DNA from: Owenia fusiformis
Lineage: Eukaryota
NCBI GenBank assembly: GCA_903813345.2
Contig: CAIIXF020000001.1
Location: 15,872,001 to 15,936,000, forward strand
Length of the DNA stretch: 64,000 bases
Reading direction: 5' to 3'
Under the pieces are notes generated by a model that saw only the letters and a list, made by a program, of their open reading frames with translations, did no database searches and had not been told where the DNA came from. A program made the translations under genes and the position numbers. Positions 51,901-64,000 of this stretch are shown here, piece after piece (position 1 is the first letter of the stretch; every line of letters begins with the position of its first letter).

Positions 51901-52345
51901 CATGCATGGTAATGTTAGCTTATCATATTCCAATTAATACACCATCCTGGTCAACTACAGGATCTCAGAGAGTAAAAACTACTCCTGGCAACCATTCCTC
52001 CATTTTTATATTTTTTATTGTTCGAATAATGATCACGATGATGCACCTCTGTATTAGTGCAATTCTGTGGTGCCCTATGAACATTATTGAAACCAGACCA
52101 CCAAAACTAACCCCCAGTGCTCCGCCTATCACCCATACTAATACATTTATTTCGCTGTACTCTCTATTCATGTTGTTCACAGATATATCTTCAAGTGACG
52201 TAGTGAAGCCGTCAGGCATGACATATTAATCCAAGTTATGCTGTTTCAGCTGATTCACCGACCTACCCATTGTATAGGCTGTATCTCTTCGTGAAGGTTT
52301 CTTGAAGATAGGGCTACATGATGTTACTGAATTGCCATTGCCCAT
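18901..52345 (-). CDS. PDE10A: PDE10A-like 3',5'-cyclic nucleotide phosphodiesterase (GAF-A, GAF-B, class I catalytic domain); 25 exons per isoform, about 812 aa, four clusters of duplicated exons
   Basis: Exons in order: 52345-52267, 51437-51261, 45875-45832, 44307-44196, 42716-42667, 42371-42340, 42109-42004, 41723-41630, 41011-40953, [51-nt cluster], 35962-35904, 35701-35650, 35369-35227, 34254-34162, 33845-33777, 32608-32494, 30537-30398, 30009-29923, 28341-28191, [156-nt cluster], 26173-26001, [112-nt cluster], [81-nt cluster], 19648-19560, 19015-18901. Total 2439 nt, phase-consistent. GAF-B reads [32 protein letters not shown]...DE. Catalytic motifs PYHNWSH, HDxDHRG, ILATDLA, DLC..KPW and MMDR closely match PDE10A. 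Confidence 0.93.
21066..21146 (-). CDS. PDE10A: PDE10 M-loop exon, copy b ([27 protein letters not shown]); invariant Gln replaced by Glu
   Basis: tgtcag|GGC...GAG|gtata, 81 nt, phase 0-0, 17/27 aa identical to copy a. Confidence 0.85.
21488..21568 (-). CDS. PDE10A: PDE10 M-loop exon, copy a ([27 protein letters not shown]); canonical Gln
   Basis: atatag|GGT...CAG|gtagat, 81 nt, phase 0-0. Confidence 0.9.
22565..22676 (-). CDS. PDE10A: PDE10 pocket exon, copy c ([37 protein letters not shown])
   Basis: ttctag|A...CAG|gtttgc, 112 nt, phase 2-0, open. Absent from the ORF track. Confidence 0.85.
25165..25276 (-). CDS. PDE10A: PDE10 pocket exon, copy b ([37 protein letters not shown])
   Basis: aaatag|G...CAG|gtatca, 112 nt, phase 2-0. 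Confidence 0.88.
25468..25579 (-). CDS. PDE10A: PDE10 pocket exon, copy a ([37 protein letters not shown])
   Basis: acttag|G...CAG|gtattc, 112 nt, phase 2-0. Confidence 0.88.
26839..26994 (-). CDS. PDE10A: PDE10 HD/H-loop exon, copy b ([52 protein letters not shown])
   Basis: ttgcag|CGA...CAA|gtaaga, 156 nt, phase 0-0. Confidence 0.9.
27441..27596 (-). CDS. PDE10A: PDE10 HD/H-loop exon, copy a ([52 protein letters not shown])
   Basis: ttgcag|AAT...CAG|gtacat, 156 nt, phase 0-0. Confidence 0.9.
28962..29632. mobile_element. Foldback/MITE element with long imperfect inverted arms
   Basis: ggagcatggaaggtattgcaacagatttcagacagtcatatgttgga is mirrored by tccaacatatgactgtctgaaatctgtcgcgatacctcccgtgttcc. 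The arms continue inward for about 300 bp. Confidence 0.8.
30895..31744. mobile_element. pogo/Tigger-like MITE with TA target site and 12-bp TIR CAGTAAAACCTG
   Basis: ta|cagtaaaacctg ... caggttttactg|ta, with subterminal repeats ttccttgttca and gttttcccta(c/t)agagagg. Confidence 0.8.
32600..32735 (-). repeat. 69-bp tandem duplication spanning the acceptor of PDE10 exon 32608-32494
   Basis: cctattatgctatat(a/g)gtacaaaataatttgaatt(a/g)cattg occurs twice, 69 nt apart. Confidence 0.85.
33860..33945. repeat. Pentamer microsatellite (tatta/tacta)n
   Basis: Read directly from the sequence. Confidence 0.7.
34759..35057. mobile_element. MITE-like inverted repeat element
   Basis: cactggtacccacctggttataaagacgtaacgt is mirrored by acgttgcgtctttataactaggtgggaaccagtg; inner aacttccgtcgg versus ccgacggaagtt. 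Confidence 0.75.
35990..36068. repeat. Dispersed short repeat family; other copies at about 49885-49955 and 59255-59325, fragment at about 20268
   Basis: Shared motif cgcagagtc...acgaagctct(ct)ttt(g/a)aga..aagtc...caaa(t/g)gg. Confidence 0.6.
37678..37728 (-). CDS. PDE10A: PDE10 GAF-A terminal helix exon, copy c ([17 protein letters not shown])
   Basis: tggcag|ATT...GAG|gtattt, 51 nt, phase 0-0, Trp at position 8. Confidence 0.82.
38167..38217 (-). CDS. PDE10A: PDE10 GAF-A terminal helix exon, copy b ([17 protein letters not shown])
   Basis: ttccag|ATT...GAG|gtaaaa, 51 nt, phase 0-0, Trp at position 8. Confidence 0.8.
38945..38995 (-). CDS. PDE10A: PDE10 GAF-A terminal helix exon, copy a ([17 protein letters not shown])
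   Basis: ttttctccaccag|GTG...GAG|gtaatg, 51 nt, phase 0-0; shares S4, L6, W8 and E17 with the other copies. Confidence 0.7.
39525..40590 (-). mobile_element. Defective mariner transposon with perfect 42-bp TIRs, TA target site and a transposase N-terminal HTH remnant
   Basis: ta|cgagggttgtcccagaagtaatgcactatatgctctaacttt and its exact reverse complement ending at 40590|ta. Minus-strand remnant ...[28 protein letters not shown]...GRQK resembles the mariner HTH. It has an upstream in-frame stop and no DDD domain. Confidence 0.88.
47492..47678. repeat. GC-rich insertion (gcaggggcggatc...poly-G...poly-C); related fragment at about 4877
   Basis: Abrupt GC shift with the ggcggatc+poly-G start also seen at 4877-4905. 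Confidence 0.5.
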
Positions 52346-55300
52346 GTCGTCTCTCAGTATAGTTAATGAGTAAGTTCTCTAACTCAAATGATCTGCGTTA
52401 CATGGTCATTTTTGAGGATTAGTAGACTGTCGATATATTGCAAGAGCTTTGGCTCTATATAACTACCTACTATGGCATTTGATGCATTTGCCACAGCGTT
52501 AAGCGGCTTTACAGGTATTAACCACTGATTGTATGATTTAAAGTCCAAGAGTTATTCGTCCTAGAAATTCACAATGACGTTTTGTAAGTAATAACAATGT
52601 CCTCAGCCAATATTCCTGAAACTTTCTGTGTGTAATGTATGCCCTTTCTGTATTCACAATATCCTTCACAAGTCTATATACTAGCTCATCGCTGTAAGCT
52701 CTTAGTAGCTGTAAGAATATACCTGATCTAGTCCTTCGTCCTGATAGATATCGCGAAAGCGTTGCATTGATCTACTTCAACTCGACTTTATTCAAATAGT
52801 TCTAGACTTAACATTGAGAGCTCACTGCATCAATGATCTCAAGAGCGATTTGTCACATTGTAAAAAAAATTTGTCAAGGTTCATGGATTTTCTTTTCGAA
52901 ATAACCTCAATTTGTTAATTCTGTGTTACATTTGTTTATAGGCATGTATCTAATATCCTCATGCAATAAGCATAGTACAGTTATATGATAGCCTCGCGTA
53001 CCTTATACATTGTACAAGGTGTGAATCTGTTTACAGTAAACACAATGTGTCAAGGGATGTTTTACAACACTCACTTTGTAAACACATCATGTATATCCGT
53101 ATGCACTAATAAACTTGTTAAGTTTGTATTATCACCGGACTGTTTAAGTATCGATTTGTCGGAACATATTATTTATTAGTTTTTTCTTCATTGTTGTTTT
53201 TTCTAGTGTTGCCCCTTGTGCTATCTCATTGAACGACGAACTCCCATCTTGGATACATAGATATAAATGCATCATGTGCTACAATACAGAAGTGTGTAGT
53301 CGATTACTTAAGTCTTTACTTATTAATGCGTTTTCATTAAATGCAGCTTTTGATCTGCAATGGATTCGAAATTATTGGAGACGTGAGTTCTTTAGACGCC
53401 ATCTTTAGTTGGTGGAATAACATTCAATGTTTGCATATCAGTGATTTTGCAGTAACTAGATAAATATATAAATAACTCATACTCGATCATTTATTTAATT
53501 TGGTGTTGCTTTTCAAGAGCACCCTTCAAAAGTATAATATACTTCTGCACGTTGAATCAATGTTTTTGAGATCAAATCAATGTCAGGGTGTACCTCTTAC
53601 CTGAAAGGCAGGACTACGTCACTGTACTATTACAACTATCGCTATTGAATTTAAAAGTAAAAATATTATCATTTCTTTTCAACCTACGCACGTCTATCCA
53701 TTCACTGACTGACATGTAATTTATATATATATTATTTTAGATATCATCACATATTAATGTTCCAGCATGTCGTAATTAAACAGAATGGCATTACCCAGCA
53801 AAATTCACATTATTTGTTCATCATACTTACCAACTCCATAAAAATTAAGCAAATTATGGCTTTTGGGAGACGCTGTGTCTGACGCCATCAATTATCTGTG
53901 AGTTGAATCCAAATTGATTTAAAGCAGTCGTTGCACCCTTCGATTATTAGTAGATGTAAGTTTAAGAAATTGGCCAATTTGACCTTGATTTGAAGTGCAT
54001 ACGGTCTACTCTGTGTCTACTCCGATGCAAATGTACATGTCAGGGTCGAGATTCCTTATCTTAAAAATCAAATGATGATGGTTATATACGCTACTGACCT
54101 GACAATATGTTAGGATGATCCATATGAAAAAATGCGTGGCTAAATGATATATGACCTGATATATTCCCCTCGGATATCGGTTCATGAGAGGTAATATTCT
54201 TTGGATGTGTTCTTACGATGCGTCCATATCACTTAAATACTTGTGGCAATCGTGGTTTATGCCATCAAAACATTTGCATTGTTTTCCTATGCGGGATAGT
54301 ACTGCCTAAATCAAAGATCCTACATTAATGTCCATGAAGAACAGTACTAATGTGCCAATTATCAAGCTCCTTATATTCAATGCACGTCTTCGATCCCTTT
54401 ATAGTTCGAACCATCCAAATTCATTTCTAGTGTTACTGAATCAGTGTCCTTTGGGTGGACATCATTTCACGTCAGCGCTATTTATTTTGCAGCACGTTGT
54501 CTTGAGAGGACTTATCACAACTAGCTTATACAGGTCTAATATGTACATTGAGATAGAGGAATGGATCATGTTTGACTACATAGAAGGTCGACATAAATTC
54601 AGATCTTGAAGAGGTGTACACAAAGATAATAATAACATAAGTGTCACTGACGAAATATAATACTGATAAATGCCTAATCGTAACTTCAGTATTTCCAATT
54701 CACCCGACTATTTAGCGAGTCGTAAAAACGTTAAACTGAACTTATAATGGGTGCGGTGAAAGGTCAGGAGGTGAAATTAGAGATGAACCATGGACCCATC
54801 CTGAATTTTGAAATCCGAACAAGAAAATATTGACTTGACTTACAGATCACGACAACGATCTAATCTCTGTGCAGTGATATTACATAAGTTTTGATTTTGT
54901 ATCAGACCCTGTAATACTCGTAGATCAATCTGGTTTATTGTAGTGTTTGAATTATTGAAAATGATTTATCAGTGTTGCCCTTTGTGCTGATTCATCAAGA
55001 GTTTTCAATACGGATCGACACGAGGGGTTAGCCCTCCATTGATTCTTTCCCGGCAAAACCAAAGAGAAAATAAAAGATTGCTAATGTAAAACTCTTGAAA
55101 GGTTCTTTTATTATAATATAAAGTCCAATGAATCTCCGCTCCTGATGAGTGTAATATTCCTATCAGAAATGAAGTAGAAACTAAACGCTACGACCAAGTT
55201 TTGGTCATAAATTCATTCCCCTACTTAAAACGTTGCGTCATGAAGTCGTAAAATATCCTGCGCCTGATTGAAGTTGCGATATCGAAAGATTAAGGACCCT

Positions 55301-57814
55301 TAGAATGATAATTCAACTGTTTAAATTACAAAGACTAGCGTCATTTGTTAATCATTCCAATGAAATTTACCCTAAACAGTCGTCGCATGTGGGTATAGGT
55401 GTTTCATATCGTTTTTAGTATACTCATTGTCATACTGATTGTACTTTTATTTTCCAAATGTCCCGTTTACAGTTCTTCACCAAACATGTTCATAAATGAC
55501 TTGTAACAACACTGTAGGAATGAGAACCTATGTTTCCCTATTATTCTTACGTTTATCTCGTCACATGAGGTCATATGTTCGAAAATAAAAAAAAATGAGC
55601 AAGGCATTAACATGGCAAATGTCACCATGCATTTAAAAAAGAAATATAAAAAGCGGCCATAAAAATAGGTCACCACTTCCAGTGACAGTGGCGACATAAA
55701 ATCAAGGTCATAGTGCAAGATTAGTTCATCCCTTAGCACAGGATTTCATTCTGTGTTTTTATTAACTAATCACTATTTTTCGAAAAATCAATTACTCGTA
55801 TTATTGATAGGAAAATGCTTTACTTGTTGCTAGTGCAGAAAGTTGGGACATGTCCACCTGTCCGTTGGCAACGTGATATATGAATGAGTAAAATAAAACA
55901 AAACAAAATAAAACGACCTTATTGTTGAATTGAATTAGTGATCATCATATCACATTTCCTCATTAGTCCAAAATGTCTCTTCATTATTATGATCCATCAT
56001 GATAAACCATGCCATCTCAAATCTTCTCAGCCCTGAGTTTCAGGTGAAACAGAAAGATGCTATGAGTATCAGAATGATTATGATCATTGATTACACTGGG
56101 GAACACAAGTCCAGCCGTATAATGCTAACATTTCCCAGAGTCAAGAATATCGTGATATCGAGCCAATTTGCATACATATTGACGTTTTTATTCCGCTCCT
56201 AGGAATAAAAATTGAGTCAAATTTGAGAAGAAGCAGTCATGAATGTTTGATGTATTGCACTGACGGCAATGAAATGAGCATACTTGGACATAAAAGACAA
56301 TATTTGAAAAATAAATTGAATTCCTCGAGTCATTTGAACATTTTGATTGTTAAGAGGATTGAATCATTATTGAAAGTTATTCCAAAAATATGTTTTTGGG
56401 GCCACCCTGTATTCAGATTGCATATATAATTTCCCTTGAGCATGACCTGATGACGATCATCATGATGTAGACCCACAATGTGAAAAATGTGTTACATCAT
56501 GAAGTCGTAATCAGTATCTAGAGTTCTTCGATCATTCTTTATTACTGCAAAGTGGAGCATGGTATCACGCAGGTGAAAATAGGGAAAGTTAAATCATGAT
56601 TTTTCATAATTAAAGCTCACTAAACGTCATTTTGTTGGAAAAATAAAGATAAACGAAAGCGAAGATATAATTAAACAGTCCTAGATTGGTCTATATGTAG
56701 GAAACGGGGTCAATTTTAACACCAGACGTCTTATCTTATTCTACAAGCTCGTAGCATTATTTCTGTACTTCGAAACCCGCCTCGATTTCTGTGATAATTA
56801 CACACATATCAATTCAACTTCAATTAATTTATTTACATCACAAAATACATACAATAGTAAACAATGAAATGGATGACACAAAGATATGCGTATATTCACA
56901 CAAATGGAGTGAGTAAAATACAAGTATGTTACATTATGCAGTTTTGGGGATCTGCCTTTGCATGCCCTCAAAAAAAAGTAAAAAGAAATACAATAAGTGT
57001 CATCAAGTTGTCTAGAATTATTAAAGTTGCAATAGATATTTTTGGTTTGTTTTTTCATGAAAAATATATTATTGATGGATTTAATCGAGTAGAACGACTC
57101 GAGTAGTATACTTTTAACGAATCAAATTAACATGAATCTATTTTCTCTGTGAACACGTTTCCAATGTCTTGTTAGAGTTAACACCGTTATTGTTAATTTC
57201 TACTTATATTCGTATTGGTACGGAGGAATCTATATTGTAATGCTCATCACAGTCGAATCTTTTTCGTATATTTCAATAAGGAAGGAGCGAATAAGAGGGC
57301 CATTATTTCTCATGATAGGAGGAATCAAAAAAAACAGGGCGCAATCTTTATGTCATTGTAGGATTCACAGTAGCCTATGATATATAAATGGGGCTGATAG
57401 ATCAGAATGTCTGTGTGATGTATAACATGTCATGTGTGTCTGTCGTGTATCAGCACAGACGTATCTACACTGTACAGACGTCACATCAATTGCCTTGAAA
57501 CGTGACATTTTGTTGTTGTGTGCCAAACCATCCTAGACCCTGTCAATAATGATATTACTTAATCATTTTGACAAGTTAGGAGTACACTCTTTTCTGCAAA
57601 CTAAAAAACTAGGTGACACATTCATAAGACACAATAAACGAAATCAAAAAGACATAAATATAAACAAATCTATTTCACACATGAATATTCCAAATACGTG
57701 CCACACAACACTTCCAAAAAGGTTCCGTGATATAAGAGAACATCAGCCACAAGTGACGTAGGAAAGTCGAATATCAAATCGTGCAGGACCAAAAAGCAAT
57801 TAGCAGGACTTTGT

Positions 57815-58620
57815 TTTCAAATTAGTTTCAAATGAGCATGTAAATCGGATTGGTTTCTTCTTTATCATGTTTATTACGAATAAATATGCATGCAGGATTA
57901 TTTTAAATTGGAATACGCATGCGATTGCTTTCAGTTCAAGTTAGCATACACATGGGACTGGTGTCAAATTAGCATGTACGTGGGATTGTTTCAAATAAGC
58001 ATGAACGTGGTAATGGTTTCAGGTTAGCATACACATGGGATGGACTGTTTCAAATGAATATGAACGAATTGGTTTCAAATTAGCATAAACATGGTATTGG
58101 TTTCTAGTTAGCATGCACATGGAATTGTTTCAAATTAGCACGCTTGTGAGATTGTTTCAAAATAGCATGAACATGGTAGTGGTTTCATGTTAGCATACAC
58201 ATTCGTTCAAATTGGAAATTTCATGTGATTGTTTCAAATTAGCATATGATAGTTTCGAATGAGTATGCATATGGGATAGTTTTCAAATTAACATGTATGG
58301 TTTTGTTTCAAATTAGAATGTACATGCGATCGTTTCAAATTAGCATAAACATGGGATTGTTTCAAATTAGCATATACATGGGATTGTTTCAAATTAGTAT
58401 ATACATGGGAATGTTTCAAATTAGTATATACATGGGATTGTTTCAAATTAGCATATACATGGGATTGTTTCAAATTAGCATATACATGGGATTGTTTCAA
58501 ATTAGCATATACATGGGATTGTTTCAAATTAGCATGCACAGGGAACTGGTTTCGAAATGGCATGCAATCGGGTTGTTTTAAAGTATAGACATGTAATATC
58601 GTTTCTAATTTGCATGCATG
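57815..58620. repeat. 27-bp minisatellite (tttcaaattagcatatacatgggattg)n
   Basis: Near-perfect units at about 58330-58540 and degenerate units on both sides. It produces the LFQISIYMG / HVYANLKQS pseudo-ORFs. Confidence 0.92.
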
Positions 58621-61600
58621 GATATGGGATGGGAGAGAATTATCATGCTCATAAAAGTATGTCTACCTACCAAAAGGGCAGAGGGCATCCGTTGATGTGG
58701 TACTGTGATTTGATTTGTTGTTATTATGGTGATGGCTGGCAGATCCAATTGTATTGTGTCCTAGAATGAATAATAACTAAGCTTACTCACTAGTTTTAAA
58801 CCAAGTGAATATTCTCAAATCCCAATATAAACTTCTTTTTCCGTGTCCAATAAGTTAAAAGATGTCTTATGACAACGAACGTCACATAACCTACTCAAAT
58901 AAAAGGCCCTGCGTTTGGAAATTGAATCTGTACCAGGAATATCAGAAGAAATGCGTACTATCAATAATTATATTGAATAACAAGTCATGACGAAAAAACA
59001 CAAAGGACGCCATTCGAAACAACAACAAAAAAACACTTCTCTTACAATGGGAAATAATCTTATATTTGAAATAATATTATTTGGAAACTTCACAAACACC
59101 ATTCTTAAACATATGTGGACTAATCAGTTTACGTTTGTATTTTTAAAGCAAACCCTCTGTCTTGGATATGATTGTGTATTGTTGAAATGCTTTATTAAGC
59201 GCTAAACGAAATATGTTAATTGGACCTGAGAGCCATGGCATTTATGGTTAGCATGCGCGCAGAGTCTAGTTACCTGAACACGAAGCTCTTTTAAGAAGCG
59301 AAGTCGAAAGAATGCAAATGGTAATTTATGGTTGAGGAATAGGAACAAAAACTAGCTGTATTTTCCACCTGGTGATTATTGTTGAATTATTGTGTTAATC
59401 ACTATGACGACGGGTGGCAGAAGAAAACAGGTTGGCACTCTTATGGATTTTGAGAATGGGTCTTCCCTGTTCATCATCGTTGTAGACTGAATGCTCCATC
59501 TTATAAGTGTTCTAATAAAAAAAAACGTTTTTCCTGCAAGAGTATGGGTATTGTGGTTTTTTTAACAACAACAATCAAGTACAGTTCTATTTTGATTATA
59601 TCAAATGATATTTATAAGTCGTTACAATTTTAAGTATAATTTGGAATTTTGACGTCGCTACATCTAAAGTGTAATGTTTGAAAGAGCTGCTGTTGACAGT
59701 TAGCCTATGTCTATATTTCTAGTAGCTCTTAACAAGAGTCCCAAAAGTGGATATTTTATTGGACATTGAACTATCGTTCAAATGATCTATCGTATGAGCA
59801 ATATTTGACGTATCAGGAAAAGATATTAGGGAAGTTAAGCAACACGTTTTTAATACACCTTGTACGTGAACGTGTACAATTGAGGTCTCATACATGGATT
59901 AGTCCTTCCCAGTAATTACTTGCCCAGTTGAGTATAAAAGTATGAGGGTCCAGGGGTCATAATAGTACACGCCCACGTACACTTTCTCTTATTCTCCGTA
60001 TTGACACCTTGTTGATGGACCAAAAAACCTGTCGATCAAGATGAGATCGGAACAACTGAAACCTTGTCGTCGATCAGGTCAAGGTCGGTTGAATTTGGAA
60101 CAACTAAATATCATATCGATCATGTGGTGGCATATTGCTTTGAGATATGTCGATTGCTAGTGCATGTAAGGTGTGTTAGTAGGCCTGTTTTTCCAGAAGT
60201 GTATTTGATGTAAGTGCTCAAAGGCGAATAGCATTGCATTACTCAACCTGAGGATGTTGAAATAAGTAGTGTGTAACATCAGCCGCTTGGACTAATATGG
60301 AGGGGTGTATAGAACTTGTTATCGGTTTGTTTCTTGTAGATGATAGCATGTACAATGGATATCCCATCTTATGTCACGAGCTGGTCATAATCAATCAATA
60401 CCCTGGCCAACAAGTTCTAATTGACTAGTATCATCCGGGTAGTAACATCCACACCAATAGCATTGGTCATTAATAGCAAAGCCTTCTTCAAGAGTTCAAA
60501 GGTCGTCATCATTTGCGAAATAATTGTGATGGCATGGAACTTTTATGGATTGGACCTTATTAATAGGATCTCAGACACCTTACACCCTGCTAACTATTTC
60601 TTTACATTGACAACGATTCTTCATCATTCATTATACATCAGATACACACATTAAATCCGAATGTACATAAACTGTATGAATAAGTCTGCCATAATACAGG
60701 TGATATCAGGTCCATATTGATCTCCAGGAGAAAGGAATCAATTGCCTGTACCATGGTAACAATACAAGGAAAATAACATGCTTCACAGGACCTCCTTTGT
60801 CGATTACCAATACCACATTGATATCAACAGTTGCAAGGCATAATCCAACAGCATAGCAAGTGTGTATTTCTATGTTCATATTTTATGTGAGGCATTTTAT
60901 GTTACCATTTGCTCCAGTGGAAACTAGCATCTACTACTGTATGACGAAGACTGGAGTATGTAACCTAATTTAAAGTAACCACCCATTTATAATTATTGAC
61001 CAGTCAAGGGGTTGACTATTAAATAAGGATCCATACGGATACTATGTACAACTAAATTGAACACATATATTTCCACAATCTTTCCGTCATTATGAAACGT
61101 CATCCCCAAACACTGTTAGCCGAAAATGAATTGCTCGATCAAAATGCTTCGAGACCTTTTACCCTTGACGCCTGGTAGATCTGCTAGATAGATACTGAAT
61201 ACGGCATAATTTCAATATGATTTCACTGCAGATTATGTTGAAAAGAACATGACACAATCTTTCCGTCTTTCATCCAATTCCCCGAGGTTAATGGTCACAA
61301 GTAAATAGTAATTTATCGAGGATAACATGCGATTTATGCAGGCTTACTTAAAAAGATAAATGAGTTTAGAACTTCAGAATGCAGCAAAATGACATTGTTT
61401 TCTCTCAATTCTGGGCACACAATTTCCGGAGGACATATCACGGGTTAAGTCCTGATTTTAGAATCATTTATTTAAGCTGCACCTAGATTCATTCTTCATG
61501 AAGGGTCAGTTTCATTGCACAATTACGCAAAACCTGCAGTCGTTCATTGACGCTTGTGACTTTTCATACTCTCAAGTCCCGGATTGCAAAAATCAAAGTC

Positions 61601-63092
61601 CCTGTTAAATCCTGGTAGTACCAAAGAGTCACGAAAAACAATAGAGCTAATACTAAAACAACCGAACCTGCAGTGCTTGTGCCGCGATGCAGTCTTACAT
61701 TAAGAAATACCATTACTCCTAATTGTGGATAAAAACTCCAAACGAATATACCAGGTCGTTCAATAAGTTCACGGAAAATGCTCTCATTTCAAAGATTTTT
61801 GATATTTTCTCATGAAATTTTCACACAATGTATAAAAAATACTTTCTGATTGATTCTTAATATATCAGCGTCTCTTATCTGATTGGTCAAAAATAAGGGT
61901 TATTATGGTAACTTGACTTTTGGGTATACTTGTAATTGTTAATTGATTTCAATCTTAATCTACAAACAAACAAAACTGAAATGAACGTATGATACCCATA
62001 CCATGTCTATTAGTATGGTATATAGTAGTAGTATCATTTCAAATAATCATCAAATATAACTGGAAATAAGCTGAGAAGATCGATATATTCTATTTCAGCA
62101 ATTTACGAACCCTACCATCCTTCATCAAAAGGTAGTGTTGAAGGCTTCATTGCTATTCCAATATTCAGAAGAATGAAGTGAAATACCCATGGGCCAAGGA
62201 TGGTACCCTGTGTGATTTCAGACGTTAAAGGATGGGTGTCAATTTATTGTTTGATTATCTTCTGAATAGTTTGATACCATTTACTGTGAAAATGTATGGT
62301 ACGCAGTATAGTATAGATGCCCTCCACATAGCCTATACAATCATCAGATCTTGGTGTTAATTTTTTAGAGATTAAGTGCTGGCAACACAGAAGAAAGCAA
62401 TTAAGAACCGTATGAACACTAACACGTAAGAGCCGGTCTAATTAATTACAAAGTTATTGGAAGCATATCACAAGATACACCTTGTAGATTAACATCAAAG
62501 CCAATAATAAGTTATGTCATTAATATCCGAAACTCAGTATGGATCAAGAACAAGAATTGTTTTATAGTATAGCCGAAGGGAGAGATCAATACTCTTCAAC
62601 CTCGAACTTTCCGATGGTCTCAAGTTTCTGAACACGGGGTGTCAGTTCTTCATAAACGCAATTTATTTCATCGTGGTAAGCCACGCCCTCTCCACCTCTA
62701 TCCTTCTGCGATGCAACAGAGAGAGATGCTATGAGTATCAGAATGAATTTATTTAGTCTTAGTATTGAGTCAAAAGAGGATTTGCTATATAGGTGGTTAA
62801 AATAGATGGCAGTAGAGGTTTTGGGCAGGCAAGAATCCTATAGACCCCTGACAAAAGTTACTTAATGTCTTGATTTATTTCTAATTGCATGATTGGATTA
62901 CAGTAATGTAAAATTATATGTGATATGCTGCGCTCCCTCGGTCAATATCATATTACCCTTCGGTCAATATCATATTGTCCCTCGGAATAAAACCCATATT
63001 CAATCCCTCCCAGTAAATAACCTATATATATCATATATAGTCTAATAGTAATATCATATGTATATAGCACTATGCAGTACATGCAATATTGC

Positions 63093-63300
63093 TATAGGAA
63101 TATCCTATGGATTTGAAAAAATCATTATATCCGTGAATGATGTTGATATCTTCACGAGTGGGTGTAATTGATACTTTACCCAAACCAGATGATTGTCCGT
63201 TTATCCCATGGGAAGTGATATTCGATGGTTTTGGGGATTTTTGCTTATGATATCTTGATCCACATATCAATATATTTTGGTGATATTCGATCTATATCAA
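63093..63300. mobile_element. Shorter copy of the 11833-12690 repeat family
   Basis: Shares ataggaatatcctatgg, gattgtccgtttatcccatggga, gtgatattcgatggttt, atgatatcttgatc and gatattcgatctatatc. Confidence 0.7.
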
Positions 63301-64000
63301 CTATTGGATAAAATCTGATATTATACATTCGTTACTTGAGCTGATAATCTGATATTCATTCAGGTGTATACTCCCGGTATATACCATAAAATATGAACTT
63401 TGATTTTTCAGAAAATAGATTAGGAATGGAGACACAAAACGAGTTTGGAATTTGCTATATTTTAAAAGATATAGATATGCATTTTTGCTCCTCGTCCTGT
63501 CATAGAGTTATTGCAATTCTATCATAAATTGAGACGAATATTTATGAACTGCACCCTTAAACTTGATAGCTAATTTTGAATTAGTAATATATAAAATCAG
63601 GTTAAAAAAGGTGTTATTGTTTCATAAGGCTTTGGCTACAAGAATTAATTCCTATATTTTAGTGAAACTGTATATTTAAGATTATATTTGAATTGTGTTA
63701 GGTTTTAATATGTATTGTGTCTTGTGTCTTATAGCTGTTGTGCAAACAGTAACTCGCTGTCTTTACTCTTTTAGGATGACATGGGTGTCTTTCCACAGAA
63801 TGTAATAAGAGCTGAGTATGGTAGTCATCTTGATCCATCAAGGTTCATGGTCGCTTTAACAGTGTCACATATACAAAGAATTGGTGTCTCGCGTTCATTT
63901 TTCTATTTTCATTTTTACAATGTCAACCTGATCTCTAATCCTGGTCTTGGTGATGGCCAACTGCCCAATCTTGATTCCCAAGTCTACGATACCTTGACAT

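Noticed and set aside
51819-52229. Hydrophobic ORFs on both strands in PDE10 intron 1 (possible membrane peptide)
   Set aside because: No recognised homology or convincing splice context; AT-rich DNA readily yields such ORFs.
53820-53840. ATG GAG TTG|gtaagt as an alternative PDE10 first exon
   Set aside because: Phase 0 does not match the phase-1 acceptor at 51437; at most a UTR exon.
58246-58581. Repetitive ORFs or a CRISPR-like array
   Set aside because: Head-to-tail 27-bp units with no unique spacers and no cas genes; the ORFs are repeat artefacts.
60200-61000. Possible retroelement remnant
   Set aside because: No RT, RNase H or integrase motif could be read with confidence.

Overview
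AT-rich, intron-rich animal genomic DNA; it looks like an invertebrate, but the species cannot be identified from the sequence. Most ORF-track entries are spurious or are pieces of exons. I assembled three spliced genes by hand using GT-AG boundaries and phase continuity. (1) An uncharacterised minus-strand gene (ATG 3491) that runs off the left edge. (2) A complete 19-exon RSPH10B-like radial spoke MORN-repeat gene on + (6167-16756, 861 aa). (3) A complete PDE10A-like GAF-GAF cyclic nucleotide phosphodiesterase on - (52345-18901, about 812 aa per isoform). The main finding is in the PDE10 gene: four clusters of tandemly duplicated exons of identical length and phase (3 x 2 x 3 x 2, up to 36 isoforms). 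They cover the GAF-A terminal helix, the HD/H-loop, the nucleotide-pocket helix and the M-loop. One alternative replaces the invariant purine-binding Gln with Glu, which suggests a catalytic pocket switched by splicing. Introns and intergenic DNA hold several MITEs, a decayed mariner element and a 27-bp minisatellite.
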